DNA from: Octopus sinensis
Lineage: Eukaryota
Direction: 5' to 3'
Assembly (NCBI RefSeq): GCF_006345805.1
Contig: NC_043002.1
Location: 43,338,001 to 43,402,000, forward strand
Length of the DNA: 64,000 bases
Shown here: piece after piece, positions 26,010 through 38,347 of the stretch
Position numbering within the stretch: position 1 is the stretch's first letter
Layout of the letters: every line of letters starts with the position of its first letter
The notes under the pieces: generated by a model
Databases searched by the model: none
What the model was told of the DNA's origin: nothing
What the model saw: the letters and a program-made list of their open reading frames with translations, nothing else
Program-made: the position numbers and the translations under genes

Positions 26010-26720
26010 TCTCTATGTCTTCCGATCTTTAAAAACACTAAAGTCTGCTCTATTCCTGAGAAAAACAACACATCAAATCATGTCGACTATTGTCTTATCA
26101 CAATTACTTCTAACATCTCAAAGTTAAAGGAGATAGCTATTAACAATAACAATCTACATTACATTGAATCTCACTACTTCCTAACGGCCTCTAGAATGGC
26201 TTCGTAAACTCAGATGAACGGGTGACATCCTCTCCTAGGTCTTTCATTAGGGTCTTTCAATCTTGGAAGAAACAATTTTATCGTGCTTGAGCGTACCATG
26301 CAGATGGAGTTCTCTCTGATCCGCAGTCTTTCAACACCAGTGTTCCAATGTTAGTTTTTTCCTCTCTCTCTCCTCTCTCTCTCTCCCTCTCTCTCTTTCT
26401 CCCATATGCCAACATCGACCAACTTCTGCACAGAAGATATCAGTCTTCATTCATCCCTATCCTTTCAGACCCAAGCAGCATCTATTTGCAACTGAAACAC
26501 CTCATACCAAACCTGTACTGGTTCCACGAGTCTCCTCAATATCCTCCAATGGAGTCATGTCATTTTCATTCAAAAGTACGAATACCCAATCACTGCACAT
26601 ATAAAAGTAATTATTACATCAATAAAACTGTTAGGTCTCATCTTCACCCCGAGGAACTCTCTTAATAACTGAACATCCTCAGCATAGCTTAGACTACATC
26701 AAAATCTGACCTTTTTCTTC
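25990..26720 (+). mobile_element. Highly decayed CR1/Jockey-like RT fragment
   Basis: PIFKN and DYCLITITSNISKLKEIAINN..YIESHYFLT resemble NYRPISLTS.ISKLME. Confidence 0.55.
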
Positions 26721-26779
26721 TGGGACAGATAATTCAACACCATACAACTACTAATCCTCTACACATCACACGAGCATCT

Positions 26780-27410
26780 CCATTAAATATTTTTCTCAAA
26801 GCGTTTAGAGTGGTGTGAAAACCTACAGAATTGATCCATAGAGCAGTGGAAGAATGTTATTTTCTCGGACGAGTCATCCTTTACCTTATTTCCGACTACC
26901 GGCCGAGTATACGTGAGGAGAAGGCTAAAAGAAGCATTTCCAACTGTTAAAACATGAAAGAGGATCTGTGATGATCTAGCGGGCTATATCTTGATTTCTC
27001 TTCATGGCAGAATTAATAATCAAGAATATTTAAGCATTTTCTCGTATCAAATTTATCCTATAGTGGTAGAACAATTTCTGGAGAGAAACGCAATCTTTCA
27101 GGATGATAATGCATTAATTCACACAGCTAAAGTTGTTACTGAATGGCACGAAGAACATTCTAGTGAAGTTGAACATCTTATCTGGCCACCGCAGTCACCA
27201 GATCTCAATATTATTGAATATTTATGATGCATTTTAGAAAAGCAAGTAAGGAGTCGATGTCCTCCACCATCATCACTACAAGAACTGGAGACCGTTTTAG
27301 TTGAAGAATGGACAAAAATTCCTTTGGAAACAATTCAAACTTTATGCGAATCCATACCTCGTAGACTTCAAGCTGTAATTACTGCCAAAGATGGTCCTAC
27401 CCCATATTAA
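26780..27410 (+). mobile_element. Decayed Tc1-like transposase (DD36E spacing as read)
   Basis: WKNVIFSDESSF, FQDDNA, WPPQSPDLNIIE, RLQAVITAKDGPTPY*. Confidence 0.85.
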
Positions 27411-27865
27411 AATAAATTTGTTTGAAATTTTACTTTGCCCAACTCTTCTATGTTATTTGGAAGTCTTTTACTACAGCATATGTTTTCTCTTCGAGAATTA
27501 CATTTTGAATCTTTTTTATGAGTTGTCATTTGAGATGATGAGCTTTCAATTAAGGACCAACCGAAGAACAACAAAGAACAGAGATAATGTGATGTAGAGA
27601 ACTTAATATAAAAGTGCATAAGTCTGAGTCTTATTTAAAATATGCTAAACCACAATTAGATAACGCATGACAGCATTGATCCTTGTTGTAAGCAGTGACA
27701 GTTCTGCAAAACAGATGAATGATTTGTTGATTTGTAGTACTGCGTTAAAATCCTCCGATGGAAATATCACTGCCAATATACAGCTGTCATATGCAGAAAT
27801 GATGAATTAATTACTTTAAAACATAATTTCGTTTCTTCATATTAAGAATTTAAATTGTATATGAA

Positions 27866-27990
27866 CTTTGTTTTTCTCATAGTCAGCTTTATGTTGGTTG
27901 CTCTAGGGTTGGTAGTCTGCAATACTTATTTGTCTATGGTCCAAACCAGAAAACAGAGAATGTTATTTACCTAGAATCTCGTACGCAATT
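27866..27990 (+). mobile_element. Helitron Rep-Hel helicase C-terminal fragment
   Basis: CFSHSQLYVGCSRVGSLQYLFVYGPNQKTENVIY resembles the PIF1-type FSHGQLYVACSRV motif. Confidence 0.75.
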
Positions 27991-28071
27991 TCCTTCAACA
28001 TGTTGCTGCTGCCTCTGCTGCTGCTGCTGCTGCTGCTGCTCCTCCTCCTCCTACTACTACTACTACTACTG

Positions 28072-28102
<31 letters not shown>

Positions 28103-31100
28103 ATATGGAAATTCCATGTTATATATATATATTTTTTTGAATTTCTGTTTTGGTTCATAGATTTATAAATCTTCAAGCATTGCTTCATGAATTAAGTCTT
28201 TGTGTGAAGTCATCGACTACAGTTGACGTTAGTTAGCCAAAGCGTCACGCTCGAATTTTACATCATTTCATTATGCAAAAAATTTCAGTTGTGTCTTCGA
28301 TTTGAGCTTATATTTAAGGTAGTTTAAAGCGAAACAGAACAAACAGAATAATATTATAGATAATATTAGCTCAAGTAGCCAAATTTAGTGGGGCGGGGAG
28401 GGAATACCAAATATAGAAAAAAAATTTAGAACCCCTCGTACAAAACATATACTAGAGGTTGTAAATAAAGGAAACAAATTAGTCATATTTAGCTTCTTAC
28501 TTCCCGTAATAATATCTTGGTTTATAAATAAATATATATATATATATATGTATACGTCAAAGATCGTATTTCTTTCCGAATTCCCTTGGTATGCTTGCTT
28601 ATTAAATCTCTGCCTTCTACCTCATAGTTTTACTTTTTTTTCTTTCCTTTGTTACAAAAGCGATAGAGTACAGGGAGGTAAATAATTGTATTTTCACTTT
28701 TTAATTGTATGTCGTTGTCCGACATCACGTGTCTTCAGCATTCATAATTGGCATGACAAAACTCGTGACACAAAAGCAAAACTATTAAAAAAAAAACAAA
28801 AAACAAAACGACTAAAATATGGAAAAAAAAACAAAAGCGAATAGATAAATAAAAGTAAAACTTAAAATAGCAACAAAAAAAATAGTATACATGAGTAAAC
28901 GTTTGAATGGCAAAACGAGATGTGATTTACGTTAAAGATAACTCTTCTCTAGTTGTAATTACTGCGTAAAGCAAGAAATACGGCGACGACATTATTGTCT
29001 CGTTTGCAAGAAAAATACTGACATTGAGACAATTACTATATTCATATTGCACATACGCACGCACTCACAAACACACAAGCAGAGGAACACTCATGAGTAC
29101 GTGCGTGTGTGTGTTATGCGTGCGTATATTCGTGTGTATGAATGTATGTATATATGAGTGCGTGTGTATGTATGCATGCATATATATATATATATATATA
29201 TATATCTTTGATCTTTTATCATTTACTTGGTTCAGTCATTGGACTGCAGCCATGCTGGAGCACCGCATTGATGGGTTTAATCGAGCTGACCAACATCAGT
29301 ATTTATTATACCGAAACGCTAGACGTAAACAAACCCACACCGGTAATCAAACGGTGGTGGTAGACAAACACATCCGTGCAAAGACACGCTGACGCAGGAA
29401 TGTGTGTGTGTGTGTATCTGTGTGTATGCATGTGTGTGTGTATGCATGTGTGTGTGTGTTTGCGTGTCTGGACATTCCAGACTCCGACTGGAGAAGCAAT
29501 TGGCTGCGAATGATCCATATACCTTGTTTTGTCTTGTTTGCCATTGTTGTGGTATCGTCCTTTTCCCGCTTGCTATGTTTTGACGGTTTCCGTTTGTTGT
29601 GATTTTTACCTTACATATATATAATTTTATTTGTTAGGGAATAAAAATTCCGGCATAACAGGGGTTCAAATTATTCTCAATGAAGAAATATATAATTTCA
29701 TTTAGAGATAGTAGGCCCCTTCATCTCACCATATAAAAAAGAATTTTTATTTTAAATACCTACTACTTTATAACTTGGCTACACGTGTTTCATGAGGTAC
29801 ATTTCCTGGCTCCTAAACCACTCCGTGTTTTGCTGGAACCATTCTTAAAATATAACCCCAATCATCAGGCCCCTTTATCACTTTCTCATAGTTCAATACT
29901 ATAAACTACATATTAATTTTTTAAAACCCATAAGCATATGTAAAATAGGTTAGCTGGACCCTACAGTACAAGCCATGATTTAATTCAAATAAAAAATTCA
30001 AATAAAAAATATGAAAAATAAAAATTACAAACATAAAATAAGAAATAAAAATGCGAAAAAAATAAGAAAAAAATAAGAAAAAAATAATAAAAATAAAAAT
30101 TTATAAAAACTATGTTCTTACGTAACTCATAACTGTAAATATAAAATTAGTAATATATAGGGTTAAAAATAAAATATAGGGTTAAAAATAAAATATATAC
30201 TTATGATAGTATAAAATGATATAAAATGAAAAGAATGGCAAGAAAAATATATACGAATAAAAATGGAGGCAATGGCGAATAAAGATTTTCGAATAAAAGC
30301 TATAATACTAATTACGAACTGCAAAATTTACAAATGATACGAATGATAACTTTTAAAAATTTACACGATAAAATAAAATAAAAATAACTTGATGGTAACG
30401 TAAAAGAAAATATACAAGTCACAGATGGCTCCATTATCCTACAACGTCTTAATTATGGTTTGACATTGCAAAGTCCAGCGAAGTACTCACACACCTCCTT
30501 CCTGCTTCTTTTAAACTATTATTTAATTAACATATTATCTAAATAGTAAACATGGACCATGTTTACTATAAGCGGGGCTTATCCCTTGTTTCTGTCCTCA
30601 TAACTGTTTCGCTAATCCAATAAAAACAATACAAAGTATGTAGCCCTTAAAACGGTTTTTGAGCATTTACAGAGACTACCGAACTTAGGATCTTATTTTT
30701 AGGAATTCCCAACAAGTTATGAATACCCAAACTGTGAAATTAGTCATGTAATAACATGAAATTAGTTACCTGATAGTAAGAATTCAAATGAAGTAGCCCC
30801 AGAAAGGGCTTTAACGCGTTCCAGAGTATATAGAACATAGGAGGAAATAATAATAAGGTATGTATACTAAAGTCGTGAAGCATGTTACGTAATAACAGGC
30901 TAATCAGATATGAGATAATAACAATTCAAAGTAAATAACTCTGAAAAGGGGCGCTAGTGATGGTATATTCGTGAATAAGTTACTAACCGAAAGAAATGGA
31001 TCTATTGTTTAGAAAAATACTATTAACTTGTTTAATTGCGAAAATAACTCTAACAGTTCAAATACTGAGAAATAAGCATACTCAATTTCATTTCTACCAA

Positions 31101-31280
31101 ATAATTTAGGGAAATGAACAAGTTATTTCCCTTTGCTATATATAAGGATCCCTTCCAGGGCCCTATTATCAATATTTTTTCAACAATCTGAGTATGCCAT
31201 GAAGTCCCGAGACACGAGTTCTATTCACGTGTCAAATTTCATCAAAATCGATAAAACGATGTAGGAGGATTTAGCTAACA

Positions 31281-31328
<48 letters not shown>

Positions 31329-31332
<4 letters not shown>

Positions 31333-31791
31333 TTATACACACTCAAGCAACCACATATGCATCGCACATGCACACAGTCATACACGCACACATACACTCA
31401 TACACATGTATGTATTATGTGTATACACATACATATATACCCACGGGGAATGGACATAAAGGTCACCGGCAAAATATGTCAAATTTATTTTATATAACAT
31501 AAGTGATAGTTAAAGTAATTAAACAAACTATCTCCGGTTGTTAATTAACAATTAATAGATAACTTGTATACAAGTATACAATGACAACAATATAACAGAG
31601 TGACATTAGCCTTTGGGGAATATAAATTCAGACTATATTTAATATCTCATCTAAAGCAATGCAACAACACAGTTAAATCGCTTATTGAAGTTTTCCTGTG
31701 AATAATTTTTCTGGAATTTTTTTACTTCTGGTATTTTGTCTGTGACCTTTGACTTGTTACTTGTTCCTAAGAATTATGCATTTATATAATA

Positions 31792-31830
<39 letters not shown>

Positions 31831-31915
31831 GTGTTTGTTTGCCTGTGTTTGTGTGTGTATCTGTGTGTGTGTGTGTGTGTCTGTACGTATCTGTGTAAGA
31901 GTGTGTTTGCGGTAA

Positions 31916-31957
<42 letters not shown>

Positions 31958-32428
31958 ATATATATGTACTTATACACACTCAAGCAACCACATATGCATC
32001 GCACATGCACACAGTCATACACGCACACATACACTCATACACATGTATGTATTATGTGTATACACATACATATATACCCACGGGGAATGGACATAAAGGT
32101 CACCGGCAAAATATGTCAAATTTATTTTATATAACATAAGTGATAGTTAAAGTAATTAAACAAACTATCTCCGGTTGTTAATTAACAATTAATAGATAAC
32201 TTGTATACAAGTATACAATGACAACAATATAACAGAGTGACATTAGCCTTTGGGGAATATAAATTCAGACTATATTTAATATCTCATCTAAAGCAATGCA
32301 ACAACACAGTTAAATCGCTTATTGAAGTTTTCCTGTGAATAATTTTTCTGGAATTTTTTTACTTCTGGTATTTTGTCTGTGACCTTTGACTTGTTACTTG
32401 TTCCTAAGAATTATGCATTTATATAATA

Positions 32429-32475
<47 letters not shown>

Positions 32476-32557
32476 GTGTTGTTTGCCTGTGTTTGTGTGT
32501 GTATCTGTGTGTGTGTGTGTGTCTGTACGTATCTGTGTAAGAGTGTGTTTGCGGTAA

Positions 32558-32610
<53 letters not shown>
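31329..32610. repeat. Tandem duplication of a ~640-bp unit bounded by (TA)n
   Basis: The copies are near-identical apart from microsatellite lengths and a 1-bp indel. Confidence 0.93.
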
Positions 32611-32612
<2 letters not shown>

Positions 32613-32640
32613 TATAATATGTTACATTACTCAATAGTCA

Positions 32641-32700
32641 AGATAAAATTCTGAGTTTCAGATGCCGAAGTGGGAATCCACGACATCTCTTCGGTTATCT
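32641..32700 (-). ncRNA. Degenerate type-I hammerhead-like fold
   Basis: Minus strand: AGAUAA-CCGAAGA-GAUG...CAUC-U-GAAACUCAGAAUU-UUAUCU, with several core deviations. Confidence 0.3.
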
Positions 32701-33215
32701 GGCTATTTGAAAACGCTATGAAAAAATACCGTTATACAAAGGGAAATTACTGTGTTATAACTCTGCTTGCCTGCGTACTTATACATCGCTCGCATTTTTC
32801 GCCATAAAAATTATATAAAAATACATAAAAAATATATAAAAAATATATAAAAATATATAAAATCTTCTTGGGGCATAACATAGAAAGCATGTTCTATCTG
32901 TTTTCTTTAGGGGACCAAAAATGTAACAGAAATTTAGTCACATGTGGGCATGATCCGAAAAGTTCTGTCCTTGTGTTTAGACATGTAGTAGGGTCTAAGC
33001 TGCTTTTCCAGATAAGCCATCTCTCCATGTCGATAAATAAAGTACCAGTTTTGCACTGGGGGCGTTATAATCGACTCAATCCTTTTGTCTGTCCATGTTT
33101 GTCCCCTCTATGTTTAGCCCCTTCTGGGCAGTAAAGAAATATATCTGTCTTTGTGGTCTGTGTTTGTGTGTGTATCTGTGTGTGTTTGTGGTAATGTATA
33201 TATATATATATATAT

Positions 33216-33860
33216 CACCTTGATCACCTTGACCGACCAATCCGTCAGCCGTCCATTTGACACCGCTGGTCACAGCACGCTGTCCACTCCTCTCTGGATC
33301 GCGCCTTTCTTATCCACGTGATCCCAATCGTCCTCCTGAAATCGTAACTCAACCGTCGTGGTGGCCTTCCGGGTGGTCGTTTACGCTCGCGCGGATACCA
33401 CTCGACAACTGCGCGGGTCCACCGATTATCGGTAAGCCGGGCGACATGTCCAGCCCATCTAAACTTGCTGCGTGTATACTCTGCGATGGCATCCCTCACG
33501 CCGGACTTCTTTCTGATGATCTCGCTACTGATGTGCTCTCTCAACAAGATACCAAGCATTGACCTTTCCATGGCTCTTTGAGCCGTTACCAGTCTCTGCT
33601 CTTCTCTCTTTGTGGTAGCCCATGTTTCACTACCATATAACATTGCAGGTAGAACTGTACTGTTGATGAGGTTGGCGCGGGTGGTCCTGTCCAACCTTCC
33701 CTTGAGCACATCCCTTATGCCATTAAACGCCTTTCATCCGGCCCTTACTCTCCATGAGCTCTCCTTTTCGATATCTCGGCACATATTCACTTCCTGTCCC
33801 AGGTAGACATATTCCTTTACCTCCTCTATTTCATCACTGCCAATCACCATTCGACCTGTT
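33216..33860 (-). mobile_element. RTE-clade LINE, 3' segment
   Basis: EIEEVKEYVYLGQ, LYGSETW, WAGHVAR, RPPGRPPRR; short (ATCAAGGTG)-like tail. Confidence 0.92.
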
Positions 33861-34210
33861 GGTACGCATGAACTCGCTGCAGATGCAAGGAATCGAGGCA
33901 CAATATGTGCAACTGCTCAGGGAGGCAAATTCCGGATGCACCACCGACATAGCTCTACTGTCATCACCCGTACGAGTGCCGGTCGAGAAGGGAGTGAAGC
34001 AAGGAGATACGATCTCCCTAAAACTATTCACCGTATGTCACGAACAGATCACCAGAGGCATCGACTGGCAAGGCGGTGTGAACATCAATGGTGAGCTCCT
34101 CACCCACCTCCGTTTCGCTGACGACATCGTACTCATCGCTGAAACCACGGATCAACTTCAGGCCATGCTGACGGAGCTTGACATCAAAAGCTCTGCAGTA
34201 GGTCTCAAAA

Positions 34211-34216
<6 letters not shown>
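33861..34216 (+). mobile_element. Inverted RT segment of the same RTE LINE
   Basis: GVKQGDTISLKLF, LRFADDIVLIA, VGLKM, oriented opposite to the 3' segment. Confidence 0.92.
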
Positions 34217-34273
<57 letters not shown>

Positions 34274-35021
34274 TTGAGGTGCGTGGATTACTAGTTGGTT
34301 TGTTAGACTCATGATAGTAAGATAGTAAGATAACATTTGCAATTGCTGCCCGGGCGATGTAGAGTGCCCTTAACCAAAACAATTCATTTCGCGTTGCTCC
34401 AGCCCACTCAGCTAACAAGTAAGAGTATTCCTGCAACCGACCTGCATCCTGTCTAGTGAAGAGTATATACGCCAGAGAATCCAGAAAACAGGCGCTATGA
34501 GTCTAGATGAATTAGGAAAAAGCTTTGTCCTTAAATACGAACATACATATACATATAGCTATTTGTGTGCATGTATATGTATGCTCTTTAGCAGTTGAGG
34601 CAATTTCTGTTATCACTTTGTCTCTTAGAAAATAACAGGCAACTAAATATTTTGCTAAAATATGACCAAAAGAAGCAGAAACCAACTACTTGAAATATAT
34701 GCAAATGTAAAGATGGCTTTGTAATATGATAAAGGCATCCTGCACGTAACATGGCGTCAAGGTCAGCGAGAAAGGCAACGTCTTGTCTGACACGCATTAA
34801 TGGAATTAAAATTAAAATAGGCACTCCCTTTAAATTGAATAATTGTGACTATGATTTTTATTATGCATTGCAAAACTATAACTGGGCCGTGAGAATCATA
34901 AAAAATATGGCAGGTATTTAAATGACCATTTACGCAATTGTTAAATAACATCATTTATATAACAATTTCTCAGTTGAAGCAACAATCCTAGTCCTGAACC
35001 GTGCATAAATTTATAGATTAC

Positions 35022-35075
<54 letters not shown>

Positions 35076-35133
35076 TGCGTGTGTGTGTGTGGGGGGGGGG
35101 GTTGTGTGTATGTACGCATACATACATACATAC

Positions 35134-35179
<46 letters not shown>

Positions 35180-35182
<3 letters not shown>

Positions 35183-35275
35183 GGGGGATAATTCACGAAA
35201 AAAACAAAAGACGAAGACAGGTGGTGTGAAAAACAAACAGATGTATTAGTATAACGCTCAGGAATTGAAAAAGTC
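35180..35275 (-). mobile_element. Short copy of the 49897 hammerhead-element family, between (TA)n tracts
   Basis: caaaagacgaagacaggtggtgt..acaaacagatgtattagtataacgctcaggaat.gaaaaagtc is shared with 49921-49990. Confidence 0.8.
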
Positions 35276-35309
<34 letters not shown>

Positions 35310-35457
35310 CATACATACAAATGTATAAAGGATCGTGGGTAAGGCCAGAACAAGGCGAAGTAAATGCAAGGCAAATCTCAAGAAAACAAATATATGAATT
35401 AATGTAGACTTACCTAGCATTCAATATTTAGAGGTTATTGACCCCATTTTCAAGAAA

Positions 35458-36790
35458 CTAACGAATGTTGCCAATGTATGTATGTGTGTGTGAGCGTTGT
35501 TGGAGTTTTCTTTGGAGTATGAGGATGGCCTTAGAGATTCTAAGGTTGCCCCTGTTCTGCTGTGTTGCCCTGATGTGCACTGTGAATTCCCAGGTAGGCC
35601 ATTTCCGTAGATGTTTCTTCACGGAAGTGTCTACTTGCATGTGTTCCTTTATGCGTTTATGCAGTTTTCTTGTGCTTCCTATGTAGGATGCGCCACATTT
35701 GCCACAGATGATCTCATATACAACATAGGTTCTCTGGCACAATTCAGGGTCATTGATGGGGCAGTTCGATAATGTGCACTCCTCGGAGTAGTGAGAGATG
35801 TTGTTCTTGGACAGAGCTTTTGTCGGGGAAGGGCCGGTGTGCACTATTTGTATGTCGAGTCCTTCCCTGCGGACTGCGTGTTGTATCGCTGCAGTAGTTC
35901 TGTCGTAAAAATGTGGTAGCTTTACGAAGCACGTGTCGGACTTGGGTATATGATGGTTCTTCCGAGGTTTATTGACCCTGATGGTTTTTAGGCGCCGTTG
36001 TTTGGCTAAAGATGGTGGGTAGCCATTCAGGGTTAGGTCTCTAAGGGACTGTTTGGTGTTGACGGCTTTGTCGATCACTTTGCTGCAATTGTTGTTTATA
36101 CGTGCAATCTCATTCCTCGCGTATTCAGCTTTGGTTCTGGCGGGCAAGGCTGATTAGTAGTGGATGAAAAGTTTTCTGCTAGCGACTTTTCTGTAGAAGT
36201 TGGTAAATGTGGAGCCTTCCTCTGTGATCCTGAGTTGGATGTCGAGTTGATGGAGGGTTTCAGATTCGTCTGGATGTTCATTGTCGAATTTGATGTTTAT
36301 GTTGATGTTATTGAAGGTCCGGTGTATGTTAATGGCCTCATCCCCGGAGGACGTGATGATAAGGATGTCATCAACGTACCTGGAGAAGAAGATGCATGAG
36401 CAGCAGTTGTTGAGTGCTGTGCGTTCTACCTTATCCATGTACGTGATGGCCAGCAGGCCTGAAAGGCTAGATCCCATAGGTAGGCCGGAAGTCTGTTTGT
36501 AAATCACAGCAAGAAAACTGCATATACGCATAAAGGAACGCATGAAAGCAGACACTTCCGTGAAGAAACATCTGCGGAAATGCCATACTCAGGAATTCGC
36601 AGTGCACATCAGGGCAAAACAGCGGAACAGGGGGCAACCTTAGAATCTCTGAGGCCATCCTCATACACCAAAGAAAACCAAATATCAACAACGGAAGAGA
36701 GTTACAGGAGGCTAGCTGGTTGCTATAGCAACACCTTTCCGCGCATGTCCACTAACACACGCTCATACACACGCACATCGGCAACACACA
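35458..36790 (-). mobile_element. Penelope-like element (RT plus GIY-YIG) with an inverted 3' pseudo-LTR
   Basis: YKQTSGLPMGSSLSG, RYVDDILII, FYRK, VVYEIICGKCGASYIGST; 36511-36785 is an inverted copy of the 3' end at 35467-35671. Confidence 0.92.
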
Positions 36791-36814
36791 CACACATATA
36801 TATATATAGAGCGT

Positions 36815-37120
36815 CGGACACACAGTCATGAGGTAGTGAGTTTGATTCCCGGACCGGACTGAGTATTGTGTTTTTGAACAAGATACTTTATTTCAAGCAG
36901 CTCTAGTTCACTTAGCTGTAGAAATGAGTTGCGGCGTCACTGGTGTCAATCTGTATCGGCCTTTGCCTTTCCTTTGGGTAGCATCGGTGGCGTGGAGAGG
37001 GGAGGCTGATACGCATGGGCGACAGTTGGTCTTGTATAAACAATCTTGTCCGGACTCGTGCTTAGGAGGGTAACTTTCTAAGTGTAATCCCATGCTCAGT
37101 GATGACAGAAGAGGGTCTTT
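36815..37120 (+). mobile_element. tRNA-derived SINE, family D
   Basis: gagtttgattcccggaccgg B-box region and ttgtgtttttgaacaag..tttca core; a related head lies at 48410-48545 on the minus strand. Confidence 0.55.
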
Positions 37121-37170
37121 TACATGCATATATACATTTACTTATGCGCGCACACACAGGTATATATATA

Positions 37171-37566
37171 CTAGCAGTACCGCCCGGCGTTGCTCGGGTT
37201 TGTAAGGGAAATAATTATATAAGCATTTTTAGAGATGTAAAGTATAATAGCCATCTCAATATGGCTAACCACAAAGGGGGAGGGGTGTTACTGTAGCTTT
37301 TTACGTTCTGAGATTTAATAATAAATTTTAGAGAGTTACTTCCCTTATATATGTCAAAAATGGATTAAAAATGGGAAAAATTGATGGTAAATTTTTTTTT
37401 TAAATCGTAGACTCATCGTAGACGCGCGCTAATACCCAGACGGTCTCGATATGAATCACGACTATAAGATACCCGGTTTTGGTTAAACTGCACCGCAAAA
37501 TTTGGGAGTAGTTAGGAATCTAAATCGTAGGAGACAGACACACAACCTCACTTTTATATATAAAGA
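37171..37566 (-). mobile_element. Complete non-autonomous Helitron, 396 bp
   Basis: Minus strand: A|TCTTTATATAT ... CCCGAGCAACGCCGGG hairpin ... CTAG|T. Confidence 0.87.
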
Positions 37567-37662
37567 TTTCCTCTATTTACATAATATTGAGGTCTCTTTC
37601 TTTCTTTTGTTATCTTACTGTTTTTACCAATATACATATATATATATATAAATATATATATA

Positions 37663-37986
37663 GTTACAGAGATGTACTTGCATAGCAAGTGACTTGATCT
37701 GAGATCGTGTGCTGGAACGAAAACAGTTGCAGCGTTGAAGGTGTTTATAAGCCATTTAAGAAACACACAAAAACCGTTAGATTCACTTCAACATTTAAAT
37801 TTAATTTGTCAAAATATTTTCATCGCTTTGAGACCGCGACCTGTTAGCACGATATTTTTGTCAGTGAACAGGTCGCGGTCTCAAAGCGACGAAAATATTT
37901 TGGCAAATTAAATTTAAATGTTGAAGTGAATGTAACGGTTTTTGTGTGTTTCTTAAATGGCTTACAAACACCTTCCAGGCTGCAAT
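37663..37986. mobile_element. Palindromic fold-back MITE with 119-bp paired arms and a 21-nt spacer (right end truncated)
   Basis: 37727-37845 pairs with 37867-37985; the complete right arm is seen at 44908-45099. Confidence 0.87.
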
Positions 37987-38347
37987 ATATATATACACAC
38001 ATATATATATGTATATATGTATGTATGTGTGTATATGTGTATGCATGTATGTGTGTGTGTGTGCGTGTCTGTGCTTGTGATTGTCCTCCACCACTGCTTG
38101 ACAACGAATGTTGGTTTGTTTACATCCCTGTCACCTAGTGGTTGACAAAGGAAACAGATAGAATAAGTACAATGCTTACAAAAATAAAACTGGAGTTGAT
38201 TCATTAAACTACAATTCTTCAAGGCATTGCCCCAGCATGGCCACAGACCAATGGCTGGAAAAAGCAGAAGAATAAAAGAATACATTCTCTGCTTTGGTCT
38301 TATGTTCAAGGCATGAGAAAGCTTGAGTTTACATGAGAAGGCCTAAC

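Noticed and set aside
36717-36732. Second GTTGCTATAGCAAC X-box-like palindrome
   Set aside because: It coincides with the W-L-L-stop codons of the Penelope ORF end, so it is probably incidental. This also tempers the X-box call at 3325.
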